Source of the DNA: Nannocystales bacterium
Lineage (GTDB): Bacteria > Myxococcota_A > Polyangia > Nannocystales > Nannocystaceae
DNA: 64,000 nt
Direction: 5' to 3'
Assembly: GCA_050633305.1 (NCBI GenBank)
Contig: JBOEGF010000020.1
Span: forward strand, 131,305-195,304
Every line of letters begins with the position of its first letter. Position 1 is the first letter of the stretch. The notes under the pieces are model-generated. The model was not told the origin of the DNA. It saw only the letters and a program-made list of their open reading frames with translations, and searched no databases. Positions 29,566 to 39,635 of this stretch are shown here, one piece after another. The position numbers and the translations under genes were made by a program.

Positions 29566-30474
29566 CTACGCCGACTCTGCCACCGCCTCACGAAGCTGCT
29601 CGACCAACCAGTCAGCAAACAGTTTCGCGGCAAGGGAAGGATGCCGGGCCGACGGATAGACCACATTCAACGGCGCCCCCTCAGGCTCAGCATAGGGCTC
29701 GAGGATGGGCTGCAAGCGCCCGCTCCGGACCGCTTCACACACCACAATCCGACCCAGCCGGACAATCCCGACCCCGGCCAGCGCGGCGTTGTAGACCCCC
29801 TCGGCCGTATCGACCTCGAACGGGCCGCACACATCGTGAAACGACGGGTGTCCGTCTTCACGAAATGCCCACCGATTCATCAGGCCCCCGTTGGCGGCGA
29901 GCCCAAGGCAGCGGTGCTGCGTCAACTCTTCGGGTGTTTGAGGGGTGCCGTGCGCTGCCAGATACTCGGGCGAAGCGACGACGACCCGAGCCAGGCGCCC
30001 CACCTTTCTTGCGACGAATGACGCGGGCTCGAGTTCACCCACCCGAACGGCAACATCGAAACGCTCCTGCACGAGGTCGACGTAGTCGTCGGAGAGCTGA
30101 AAGGACAGCTGCACGTTGGGATGCGCCTCGAGGAACGAACTGAGGTTGGGCAACACCGCCCGGCGAGCGACCAAAGCCGAGACACTCACCCGAACGAGCC
30201 CCGCCGGCGCGACGCCGAAGTGCGTGACGTCGCGGTCGAGCCGCGCCAACTCGCCCAACAACGTCTTCGCACGCTCGAAGTACATCCCGCCGCTCTCCGA
30301 CGACTGCACGCCCCTCGTGGTGCGACGTAGGAGCGCGACACCGAGCCGGGTTTCCAGCCGGGCGACCTGCTTGCTCACCGCGGAAGGCGTGATGCGTAGC
30401 CGCCGAGCCGCGGCCGAGAAGCCCCCTTCCTCGACCACGGCGACGAACGCCTCCATCTCAGTCTGCCGATCCAT
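29566..30474 (-). CDS. LysR-family regulator
   Basis: FSAAARRL..TPSAVSKQVARLE..LG..LLRRTTR followed by a substrate-binding domain. Confidence 0.95.
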   Translation of the reverse strand: MDRQTEMEAFVAVVEEGGFSAAARRLRITPSAVSKQVARLETRLGVALLRRTTRGVQSSESGGMYFERAKTLLGELARLDRDVTHFGVAPAGLVRVSVSALVARRAVLPNLSSFLEAHPNVQLSFQLSDDYVDLVQERFDVAVRVGELEPASFVARKVGRLARVVVASPEYLAAHGTPQTPEELTQHRCLGLAANGGLMNRWAFREDGHPSFHDVCGPFEVDTAEGVYNAALAGVGIVRLGRIVVCEAVRSGRLQPILEPYAEPEGAPLNVVYPSARHPSLAAKLFADWLVEQLREAVAESA

Positions 30475-30496
30475 CGTTCGTCGACCCTAGCAGCCG

Positions 30497-31669
30497 TCAC
30501 TCCCAGGGAATGCCCACGATCTGGAACGGGTCGGGGCGGCCTTTGTCGAGGCCAAACGCGTGCTCGAACTGGCCCTCGACGACCCACAGCCGACCCTCCG
30601 TGGCCACCGCCGTGGTCGGCGTGTCGAAACCGGCCGCGACCTCGCGCACGACGCCCGAGGTCCCGTCGAGTTCGACCTCGACAACTCGATTGCCACCACG
30701 CGGCGCGAACACTCCGTTCTCCACGACCAGCAAAGTGCCCGCGTCGGTGGCCTCGATGCCGTCGGGTCCGAGCAGGACGGTGGGCTCTCCAGCGTCGGTG
30801 GTCAGAGCGAGCTCGACGATGCCACTTCCGTCCCCGTTTCCATCACGCTGCAGCCACAGCAAGGTGCCACGGTTGAAGTTTGCGAGATAGAGTTCGCCGT
30901 CCAGCTCGGTGATGCCATTGGGTCCGAACGGTGGCTCGCCATCGGGCCCGAGCTCGGGCCCCTCGACGAACAGCTCCGGGGTGGTTCCGTCCTCTTCCAA
31001 CTCGTCCCCGCGCACTCGCAGTACGCGCGCGCCAAACGAGTCGCTGATATACGCGTGCCCGTCTTCGCCGATGAGCCCGTCATTGCAAAAGACGGGGCCG
31101 CCTTCCGCTACAGGCGTCAGGGGGTGCTCCGCAACGCGGACCCCAGTGCTGAGGTCGAGCGCCACCAAGCTACTGGCGACCGGGTCGAATGGATCCGAAT
31201 CGCACGCGAACAACAAGCCGTGCTCATCGTCCACGAACACCCCGATCACGCCGCGGTCGAGCTCACCATCGGAGAAGGTCGAAACATCGTCGTCCGTGTA
31301 GGGAGGGTCGATGCGAAAGATCGTCGACGCGGTCAGCCCCCCCACGTACAGGCTCTCTCCCTCGTCGGCATCGATGCCTTCGGGGAACAACATCGTCCCC
31401 GGCAACGTCACGATCAGCTCGTCCGGCTCCTCGCCCGTGCTCGATGAAGATTCTACGTCGCCACTGCTGCTGCTGTCGACGGACGTGCTGGTGGTCGCCG
31501 ACGGCGCGGTCGTGTTGTCCGCGTCACCACCGGAGGTTTCCCCGCCACTGGAGGAGGAAGACTCCCCGTCCGCTGCGCTGGTTTCGTCCGCAGGGGCTCC
31601 CCCATCGTCGCCGCACGCCGCGATGGAAAGGAGGAGCACCGAAGAAAGGATCAAACTGGTCCGTTGCAT
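30497..31669 (-). CDS. SMP-30/gluconolactonase-like beta-propeller lipoprotein
   Basis: Lipobox IAAC; FPEGI, FCND, GPNGI and GPDGI blade motifs. Confidence 0.8.
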   Translation of the reverse strand: MQRTSLILSSVLLLSIAACGDDGGAPADETSAADGESSSSSGGETSGGDADNTTAPSATTSTSVDSSSSGDVESSSSTGEEPDELIVTLPGTMLFPEGIDADEGESLYVGGLTASTIFRIDPPYTDDDVSTFSDGELDRGVIGVFVDDEHGLLFACDSDPFDPVASSLVALDLSTGVRVAEHPLTPVAEGGPVFCNDGLIGEDGHAYISDSFGARVLRVRGDELEEDGTTPELFVEGPELGPDGEPPFGPNGITELDGELYLANFNRGTLLWLQRDGNGDGSGIVELALTTDAGEPTVLLGPDGIEATDAGTLLVVENGVFAPRGGNRVVEVELDGTSGVVREVAAGFDTPTTAVATEGRLWVVEGQFEHAFGLDKGRPDPFQIVGIPWE

Positions 31670-31844
31670 GATTTTGGCAACCCGCTTGGGTTGCTCGAAA
31701 ACTAGAACCGGAGGACCGTGCGACCAGAGCTACCCTTGGACAAGCACCGTGTCCTGAACGGAACAGGTGCGAACCTCTGCTCGATCCGCTGCGGCCGCGT
31801 CACCGTCTCGCGTCGACCCGTGACCGGGATGTTATGTCCTGGGG

Positions 31845-32762
31845 GTGAGAGTCTTTGTGCTGGCTGGGCTACTGCTGACGTCCTGCCGCAGCGGGCCAGC
31901 GGTGCCCGCCCCGAACGTCGTCGACAAGCCTTCGGAGACGGAAGAGGTTGCCAACAACGGGGGCGGTGGGGACGTGTGTCAGCCGGGTCCGGCGACGTGG
32001 AACAACGAGGACGTTCCAACCCCGCATGCGACAAGGATGACGGAAGCATCCGACCTGACGTTCTCGGTGTGGAGTGGGGGCGCGGGAGTCGTGCGCCAGG
32101 ATGAAGTGGCCGGCGAGTTTCGGAACCTGTCGCTGTCGCTGTATCGGATCCGGATCGTCGAAGGGGAGCCCGCATCAGGTCCTCATCGCGCGGGGTGGTG
32201 GTCGGAGACGTCGCTGGAGTTGGTCGGGCCTTCGACGACGCATCGTGTTGAGGGCGACGCTTTGCTGGATCTGTTCTCGCCCGGAGGCTTCGAGCGCGGA
32301 GCCACGCTGGTCGTGGAGTTGGCGGCCCATTTCCCGCTGTCGGAGACAGGGTCGTATACCGCACGCTGGAACACGCCCGACGGAACGCTCGAGTTGCCGC
32401 TGGTCGTGCTCGAGCGGGCGGACTACCTGCGATGCCGCCTGCACACCGATACGGTCTACAACGCATGGGAGCTGGTCGACTACGGGCATCAATCCGCGGA
32501 CGCGAAGTTCACGGGATTGGCAGGGGAGGCGCTGACCGATGCCCGCGAGGAAGACCTTCGTGCCGCGCTTCGAGACGGTCGCGAGTGCTTCATCGAGGGA
32601 AGTGGTGAGGCCACACTGGGGGCGGCCTTTGCTCACCGGGTCAAAGACTACGCGGCGTTCATCCTGGCCAAGCGGCATGGGGTCGAGATCCCAGAGCTGC
32701 GTGAACAGTCGGCGCAGGCGCGAGACGGGGGCATCGCCAAGCTACGGGACGCGCTTCCGTAG
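31845..32762 (+). CDS. Hypothetical lipoprotein
   Basis: MRVFVLAGLLLTSC signal and lipobox; 305-aa ORF. Confidence 0.7.
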   Translation: MRVFVLAGLLLTSCRSGPAVPAPNVVDKPSETEEVANNGGGGDVCQPGPATWNNEDVPTPHATRMTEASDLTFSVWSGGAGVVRQDEVAGEFRNLSLSLYRIRIVEGEPASGPHRAGWWSETSLELVGPSTTHRVEGDALLDLFSPGGFERGATLVVELAAHFPLSETGSYTARWNTPDGTLELPLVVLERADYLRCRLHTDTVYNAWELVDYGHQSADAKFTGLAGEALTDAREEDLRAALRDGRECFIEGSGEATLGAAFAHRVKDYAAFILAKRHGVEIPELREQSAQARDGGIAKLRDALP

Positions 32763-32813
32763 CCAAGGTTTGGGAGGTTGCACCGGCGGCAGTTTCCCGC
32801 GAGGATCGCGGTG

Positions 32814-33359
32814 ATGCGGGCTCTCGCGATTTCGTGGTCGGTCGTTCTCGCGGGAGCCTGCGCCGGACCGGTCGGAGTCCCACCGCCCGAGACCCCTTCG
32901 GTCCTTCAACCCCAACAGTCTCCACCTGAACCTGAGCCCGAGCCCGTCACTCGGATCACCCCCGAAGCCCTCCCCTGCGCGGTCGCGGAGCAGCTCGAGA
33001 CGGCACGCGTGGAGTGTGACGCGGCTGAGCGGTCGGTGACGCCCGCTTTTGCGTTGGTGTCGACAATGTCGATTCAGGTGGCGGAGTGCTCGGGCGAGCA
33101 AACATGTTTCGCAGTGGGACACCGTACGATCGGTGTCGTGACGCGTCCGCCACAACCCACTCCGGAGTTGGCCGCGTGCATGAAAAGGCACTTCGATGCA
33201 CTGACAAGCCCGCCTCCCACGGCAGGCACTCACCTCGAGTGTCGTCACTCGATGATGCCGGAGGGCTCCAGCATTCCGATGCTTCGTCGTCTCGAACAGG
33301 CGCCCGAGGACGCCTGCGCGTCGGGACACACACGGTGTTGGGTGAGACCCGAAGAATGA
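32814..33359 (+). CDS. Hypothetical Cys-containing lipoprotein
   Basis: MRALAISWSVVLAGAC; Pro-rich linker. Confidence 0.6.
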   Translation: MRALAISWSVVLAGACAGPVGVPPPETPSVLQPQQSPPEPEPEPVTRITPEALPCAVAEQLETARVECDAAERSVTPAFALVSTMSIQVAECSGEQTCFAVGHRTIGVVTRPPQPTPELAACMKRHFDALTSPPPTAGTHLECRHSMMPEGSSIPMLRRLEQAPEDACASGHTRCWVRPEE

Positions 33360-33878
33360 ATGGAGTCCACCGACACCGTTGCGCCTACATATTCTGCGGC
33401 AGCGCCCCTGCGCCCCAGCGCTCCCGCCTGGGGCGTTCGCTCGCTCGCTCGTGGGTTCGGCTGAGGGTGCGCTTGCGCGACACGAGCACCGAGAGACCCG
33501 AAAGCGTGCGGCGAGGGCGACCGAGCTGTCGGACCCGGCGGCAACGCGCCCACGCCGTGAGCTTGGCCAAGCAGGCGCGCACGGCCTTCGCTGCGCAGCC
33601 GCATGTCAGTGCCGGGAACCTGCAAGAGGTGGAGCGTCGGCCTGGAGAGCACGGGTAGAAACCCGAGCGGGGGACCTACGACGCGCCAGCGCTTGACGTC
33701 GCTGCGCCCGGACGCTACGGAGCGGGGACCGATGGAGAGTGCCCGGTCTCGAAATCCTCCGACCGCGGTCCGAACAACCGGGCTCCTCATCGTGGCCCTC
33801 GTTGCCTTATCCTCGGCGGCCGGGTGTTCGAGCGACGAAGCACCAATACGCGACAGTCCCCGTCAACAGGAGCACGCC

Positions 33879-34223
33879 ATGACCGTAGGATACTTGGAAA
33901 TCGTTACCCCGGACGTCGACGCGGCATGTGCCCTCTACGAGAGCGTTCACGGCCTCAGCTTTGGGCCAAGGGAAGAGGCTCTCGGTCATGCACGGGCTGC
34001 GCGAAAGCCCGACGGCACTCTTGTCGGGATCAGGGAGCCGCTCGCAGGGCATGAGGGTCCGATCGTCCGCGCGTATCTCACGGTCGACGATATTCACAAG
34101 GCCGTGAAGGCAGCCGAGGAACGGGGCGCGACAATTGCGTACCCACCGACGAAGCAGGGTGAGTACGGGACCTTTGCAATCGTCATCCGGGACGACGTCC
34201 AGCACGGGTTCTGGCAGCCGTAG
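33879..34223 (+). CDS. VOC/glyoxalase-family protein (possible longer start at 33732)
   Basis: CAGGAG RBS before ATG 33879; YLEIVTPDVDAAC, YLTVDDI, GTFAI..HGFWQ. Confidence 0.8.
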   Translation: MTVGYLEIVTPDVDAACALYESVHGLSFGPREEALGHARAARKPDGTLVGIREPLAGHEGPIVRAYLTVDDIHKAVKAAEERGATIAYPPTKQGEYGTFAIVIRDDVQHGFWQP

Positions 34224-34274
34224 CCGATCCGTTTCCCCGCGCTCATTCCCCGCATGCCGTGGACGTGGGGCCGC

Positions 34275-36215
34275 TTAGATGCCTTCGACCATGAGTCGAG
34301 GATCAGGCAGCGACGCAAGATGAGGCACGGCCCGGCTCGGGTCGGCGATCCGACTGATCGCGTTGAGGGCCGAGGCCACTGCGCCCTCCTGCCACCCGGG
34401 CAACGAGGAGAGTTGATCGCCGATGATGAAGAACTTGGGATCCTTGTTCCCCTCGCCCGCGATCGACGATCCCTGGGTCAGTACGTTGAAGTGAGGCACG
34501 GCCACGTCGTCGTCGCCCAGCGCCTGCCACTGTGCCCAGCCCCCCTTGATGTAGGGCATGTTCTGCCAGGCGATGGCGACGCCGTCGTCCAACCCCTCAG
34601 CGAAGGGTTTGCCGAACCGTGCTGCGCCCTCGCGCGCTCGTTCGAGGCGCCAGCTGACGCTGTGGGTGCCCCACGTGTGGGCGGAATCGGAGAAGTTGTA
34701 GGCCCCGGTGAGGACGCCTAGCTCGCCGTGGTAGTCGCACGACGGGTACCAGATCTGCACGATGGCGTGGTCGGTCCAGGAGATGCCGCCGAAGATCGGA
34801 ACGACACCAACCTCCGCGTCGTCGACCGCGTGGTAGTCGACGCCGGTGGGGTCGTGGTGTTTCTCGCCGATCCCCGAGCCCTGCCACAACGAGCGCTTGG
34901 CCTGCCAGCCCACCTTGGTGGTGTTGGCCAAAAAGCGCATCGCATAGCCGTTGGCGTCGGGCTTCTTGTCGAACTGCGCCTTGTAGACGGCGCGGAGGGA
35001 TCTCTTGAAGCGGCTGTCGAGGAGACCAGGTTGCGGTCGGCTCGAGCCCTTCTTGCGGCTGCCTTGCAGTCTCGGTGAGAGCATCTCCTTGAGAAAGGGA
35101 ATCGCCGCGTTGCACAAGCAGTAGTCGGCCCGGTACTCCTTGGTCTTCTTCGTCCCCACTTGCTTGACCCGGACGACAAACTCCTTGGCCTTGCGGTCCC
35201 AGTCGATCGACTCGACAGGGCTGTTGAGGTGGATCGTGCCGCCGAGCGCAGCGACCTGTTGCGCAAAGGCGTGCTGGACCCGGTCCATGCCTCCGACGGG
35301 TTGGAAAAGGGTCGGCTGCCATAGGAAATCCACAGGTTGGTAGAAGCGGGTCTTGGCCCAGAAGTTCGACTCGAGCAGGTTGTCGAAGCTGATCGGCGGG
35401 GCGGTCTTGCCCGCATCGACGCCCGGAAGGACCTCGAAGCCAGCGCGTGACCGCGCGTTCTCGAAGCCGTCGTCGCCTGCGGTGGGGGAGTAGCGGCCCT
35501 TCGCGTCGAGTTCGCCGAAGGAGATCATGAGATCTTTGAGGCGCCGGATCTTGCGCCTGCTCTCGGGGTCCTTGCCGACCGCCTTCTTCCGCTTGGAGCC
35601 GCCCACGACGAGCGACTGCGCGTTGTCGTGGACCATCTGGGCCACCCAGCCACGCACGTTGTGTTCGATCCGTCGGTAAGCCTGCGGTCCGTCTCCGTCC
35701 GGTCCCCCTTTCATCTGCACGAGGTTGGCGCCCGAGTTCATGACGTAGACCTCGAGGTCCACACCGAAGCGCTGCAGGTAACACAACAGGTGCTTATGGC
35801 CCGACGGGATCCGTCCAGGGCCCGCGTTGAGGTAAGGCTCGGCGTCGCCAAGCGGCCGCTTGAATCGGACAACCTGGGTCGTCCCCGGCTCGGATCCGAA
35901 CAGCTCGCTGTCCTGGTCCTCGGTCAACGTGTCGCCTGTTCGTAGGCTCAAGCAGCGGCCCCCGGTGCGGTCGCGGGCCTCGAGGATCGTGACGCTCATT
36001 CCGCCCTGCTGGTTGAGCAGTTCGTAGGCCGCAGTGAGCCCCGAGACCCCAGCGCCGATGATGATCGCCCGCTTGCCCGCGTGCTGCTCTGGCTTGAGCT
36101 TGACCGCCCCCGGGACCATCTCATGCGTTTGTTCGGTGGCGTGTTGGAGCGCCGCCCAGGCTCGGGCGCGGGGATTTTGGCGGAGGAACTGAGCGCGACT
36201 CTGTTGTTTAGCCAT
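34275..36215 (-). CDS. Flavin monoamine oxidase / L-amino-acid-oxidase-like protein
   Basis: IIGAGVSGLTAA, EARDRTGGR, NAGPGRIP, FQPVGGMD, GWQEGA. Confidence 0.88.
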   Translation of the reverse strand: MAKQQSRAQFLRQNPRARAWAALQHATEQTHEMVPGAVKLKPEQHAGKRAIIIGAGVSGLTAAYELLNQQGGMSVTILEARDRTGGRCLSLRTGDTLTEDQDSELFGSEPGTTQVVRFKRPLGDAEPYLNAGPGRIPSGHKHLLCYLQRFGVDLEVYVMNSGANLVQMKGGPDGDGPQAYRRIEHNVRGWVAQMVHDNAQSLVVGGSKRKKAVGKDPESRRKIRRLKDLMISFGELDAKGRYSPTAGDDGFENARSRAGFEVLPGVDAGKTAPPISFDNLLESNFWAKTRFYQPVDFLWQPTLFQPVGGMDRVQHAFAQQVAALGGTIHLNSPVESIDWDRKAKEFVVRVKQVGTKKTKEYRADYCLCNAAIPFLKEMLSPRLQGSRKKGSSRPQPGLLDSRFKRSLRAVYKAQFDKKPDANGYAMRFLANTTKVGWQAKRSLWQGSGIGEKHHDPTGVDYHAVDDAEVGVVPIFGGISWTDHAIVQIWYPSCDYHGELGVLTGAYNFSDSAHTWGTHSVSWRLERAREGAARFGKPFAEGLDDGVAIAWQNMPYIKGGWAQWQALGDDDVAVPHFNVLTQGSSIAGEGNKDPKFFIIGDQLSSLPGWQEGAVASALNAISRIADPSRAVPHLASLPDPRLMVEGI

Positions 36216-36674
36216 GGTTGATCCGACTCGATGTTACCAACACTGCACTCGCGAAAGGGCGAAGTAGAGTGGCCAATCGCTTTCCACAATATCGAACGTT
36301 TCCGAAAGAGGCCCACGAGGCGGTCGCCGACTCGAGCCTCGAGCAACTTCGCTGTAGAGCCTCCACGGCGGTGTGACGATTCGCCCAACGACACCTCGCA
36401 TGAGCGACCCGAAGGCGGATTCACGGGTCGTCGGTCCCGATTGATCCCGCGGGCCGTTTTAGTCCCCAAGACGGCGGACCGGCGACAGACTCCGAGGGCG
36501 ACTCGTCGCCCAATCGCCTGAGAAGCAGACCTCGACTGAACATCTTCTACCTACACCGCGCGTTTTCGCTCCACGTCCGCGTCCCGTGAGTGGTCTGGGA
36601 GAGCCTCTGCAACGCCGTCCGCGAGGCCCGCCGATTTCAAGAACCTTTCGGAGTCGAGGATCACTCCCTCTCCG

Positions 36675-38102
36675 ATGGCACTCCGGCTCGCCGCCCCCAC
36701 CCTCTCCCGCCGCACTCTGACGCAGACCCGACGAGGGCTCGCGCTCGCGATCCCGTTTCTCTCAGCGTGTTTCTCGCCCTCCGACGCACCCGAAAGCGCT
36801 GAGGCCTCAACTTCGATGGCGACCGAGGAGCAGGTGACCGATGCCGATGGGGTGACATCGACGGCGACCGACTCGGAGGGCACAACTGGGGCCGGAAGCA
36901 CAACCCGCGGACAGACTTCGTCTGCCGAATCCTCGGGGACCATCGGCTCGGAGGATCCGACGTCCTCCGGCGCCTCCTCGGCGACCAGCTCGACCGGGTC
37001 GGCGTCGGAGTCCAGTACCGGGGTCACAGCGGAGTGTGGGGACGGAGCAGCCCAACCCGGCGAGTTTTGTATCGCCGAGGTGAGCACCCTGAGCGTTGGC
37101 TGCCCACCACAGCGAGTCCAGGTGGGAGACCTCGATGGCAATGGACGGGTCGACCTCGTCTACGCCGCCGTCGACGACGCGGAGTTGCACATCTTCCTCG
37201 GCGGCGGGGACGGCAGCTTCGTCAGCGGTCCAGCCGAGGCGCTCGCCCCGAGGGCACTCACGTTGGGGCACTACAACGACGACGACGACCTCGACATTGC
37301 GTTCCTCGACGCGAGTATTCAGCTCAACGTCGTCTTGAACGATGGCAATGGGAGCTTGCCCGGGTCCTCCTCGGGGCTCTCTGTAATTGGCAATGTCGAA
37401 GTTGCCTCGGGGGACCTCGACAACGACGGCTACGACGATGTCATCACCGCTGGGAGCGGCGGCTCGATCGGAGTGGCTCTGTCGGCTTCTGGCGGGAGTG
37501 GAGCGCTCACACCTACGACTGTGGGGTCGGTCGGAGGGTCGGCGCTTCGCAACGGCCTGGTCATCGCCGACCTCAACGGCAACGCCGACCTGGACTTCGC
37601 GTTCACCGATATCCTCAACGGAGGTCGCGTCGTAGCCTGCCTGGGCGATGGCGACGGTGCGGCCTCGAGCTGCAACGGCTTCGCGGTGGGAGACCTTCCG
37701 ATGGGACTCGCTGCCGGAGACATCGACGGGGACGGGTCGACCGACCTCGTGGCTGCCGACAGCACCTCCAACACCGTCACCGTCCTGATCGGTCAGGGCA
37801 ACGGAGGCTTCGAAGATGGCGTCGCCATCCCGGTCGGCAACGCACCGAATCGCGTGGCACTTGCCGACCTGGACCTCGATGGTCACGACGACCTCGTCGT
37901 CACCCACATGGGAGACGCGAGCGTCCATGTGTTGCGATACGACGTGTCACGAAGGGCATTCGGTTCCGCAGTCGTGTTCGATGTGCCCGCGGGGGCGCCG
38001 ACCGATGTCGTCGTCGCGGACTTCAACGAAGACGGCGCACTCGACATCGCCGCGGGGAACGACACGCAAGCTGAGCTCACGCTCCTGCTCAGCGACGCCT
38101 GA
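36675..38102 (+). CDS. FG-GAP/VCBS repeat lipoprotein
   Basis: Lipobox FLSAC; repeated GDLDGNGRVDL, ADLNGNADLD and ADFNEDGALDI motifs. Confidence 0.9.
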   Translation: MALRLAAPTLSRRTLTQTRRGLALAIPFLSACFSPSDAPESAEASTSMATEEQVTDADGVTSTATDSEGTTGAGSTTRGQTSSAESSGTIGSEDPTSSGASSATSSTGSASESSTGVTAECGDGAAQPGEFCIAEVSTLSVGCPPQRVQVGDLDGNGRVDLVYAAVDDAELHIFLGGGDGSFVSGPAEALAPRALTLGHYNDDDDLDIAFLDASIQLNVVLNDGNGSLPGSSSGLSVIGNVEVASGDLDNDGYDDVITAGSGGSIGVALSASGGSGALTPTTVGSVGGSALRNGLVIADLNGNADLDFAFTDILNGGRVVACLGDGDGAASSCNGFAVGDLPMGLAAGDIDGDGSTDLVAADSTSNTVTVLIGQGNGGFEDGVAIPVGNAPNRVALADLDLDGHDDLVVTHMGDASVHVLRYDVSRRAFGSAVVFDVPAGAPTDVVVADFNEDGALDIAAGNDTQAELTLLLSDA

Positions 38103-38238
38103 TGATGGAGCGAGGGGTTCACATCGGAGCCGGGTTCGGTCTGGAGATGGCGGAATGCACGTCGTGCAAGTGGGTGTTGACGGCCCTGCAATGGCCAAGG
38201 AGCCGAGTTGTCGCCATCGTTTGTGCATCGAGAACCCG

Positions 38239-38622
38239 ATGAAGTGGCTCCAGCGAAACATCTTCCTCGTCGATGGTCTCGGCGCGTTGATCAGCACGGT
38301 CGCTACCGCGACCATTCTGTGGCGGCTGCAGGCGCTGTTGGGGATGCCGGAGGGCATGCTGGCGGTGCTTGTGGTGTTGGCGATCGGGTTCGCGGCCTAC
38401 TCGCTGACTTGCTGGGCCCGGGATGCCCCGCTGAGGCCATGGCTGCCGCTCGTCATGGCGGCGAACCTGGCCTACTGCGGGCTCGTGGCCGGCGCCCTCC
38501 TCTGGCACGGCTCGGCACTCACGACGGTGGGGATGGCGTACTTCGCAGGGGAGATAGGCGTCATCATCGGCGTGGTGGCGCTCGAAGCTCGGGTGCTTCG
38601 GGCACGGCTCACGACCCCGTGA
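38239..38622 (+). CDS. Small integral membrane protein
   Basis: Four hydrophobic helices; FLVDGLGA, ANLAYC. Confidence 0.75.
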   Translation: MKWLQRNIFLVDGLGALISTVATATILWRLQALLGMPEGMLAVLVVLAIGFAAYSLTCWARDAPLRPWLPLVMAANLAYCGLVAGALLWHGSALTTVGMAYFAGEIGVIIGVVALEARVLRARLTTP

Positions 38623-39544
38623 TGCAAGCACACCCGAGCACCGCGTCCATGGTCAGCTCTCGTAGCGCCCGGTGACGAGGCTGGGTGGTGTGGCGAGGAT
38701 GCCAGAACAGCGACATCGCCATCGATGGCGCGGCGAGGGGCGGAGGGTGGTGAACGACGCCCTCTCCAAGTGCAGGAAGGACCTCGGAAGGCACGAGTGC
38801 CAACAGTCGCGTCGCGCGGACCAGTTCGAGGACGGCCGCGAACGATGTCACCGCACAGGACACCCTGCGCTGCAATCCTTGTTGGGCGAGCAGGTCGTCC
38901 ATGAAACCGCGCCCACTCCCATCGTTGCTCATGATCACATGGTCCGCGGCGAGATACGCGTCGAGGTCAATCGTGTCGGGCCAGGCTTCTGCAGCGCCGA
39001 CCACCACAAAGTGGCGGGTGTAGAGGTCGCGCCGAACGAAGTCGTCCAGGTCCGGCAATCCCGTCATGTTCGGCAAGACGGACAAGTCGGGACCGATCGC
39101 GAGGTGGATGAGGTCCCGGCGGCCTTCGTCCGGCGAGTGCATGCCAAGCTCGCGAACCCGCAACTCCACTCCCGGCGCGGCCGACCGAACGTGCTCGTAG
39201 ATGTCCGGGAGCAGCGCTTGCTGAAGTTCCGCGGTCATCGCGAGGACGAACTCGCCTGATGCCTGGGCAGGGTCGCACGAACGCTCGCGTTCGAAGACTT
39301 CTCGGGCAGCTTCCACCGCGCGACCCGTCGGGCCGAGAAGCTCCCGGGCGAGTTCCGTGGCGACGAGCTGGTTCCCGGCCCGGACCAGCAGCGGGTCCCC
39401 CAGCGTCTCCCTCAGCCGTTGGAGTGCGCGGCTCGTCGCTGACGCGGACAGGCCCAGGTCCTCGGCCGCCTCGGACACGCTCTGGCGCGCCAACAGTCGC
39501 TCGAGCACGAGGAGAAGATTCAGGTCGACGTCGCCGTACGCCAT
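38609..39544 (-). CDS. LysR-family regulator
   Basis: DLNLLLVL..SVSEAA..LGLSASATSRALQRLR..LGDPLLVR. Confidence 0.93.
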   Translation of the reverse strand: MAYGDVDLNLLLVLERLLARQSVSEAAEDLGLSASATSRALQRLRETLGDPLLVRAGNQLVATELARELLGPTGRAVEAAREVFERERSCDPAQASGEFVLAMTAELQQALLPDIYEHVRSAAPGVELRVRELGMHSPDEGRRDLIHLAIGPDLSVLPNMTGLPDLDDFVRRDLYTRHFVVVGAAEAWPDTIDLDAYLAADHVIMSNDGSGRGFMDDLLAQQGLQRRVSCAVTSFAAVLELVRATRLLALVPSEVLPALGEGVVHHPPPLAAPSMAMSLFWHPRHTTQPRHRALRELTMDAVLGCACITGS

Positions 39545-39635
39545 GGCTTGGGACGGTCCCTACCGTCTCGAAGAGCGTACCAGGAGACCCGACGCTGCGA
39601 GCGGCTCCCCCAAGGCGGCGGACCCCTCGTCGCGG

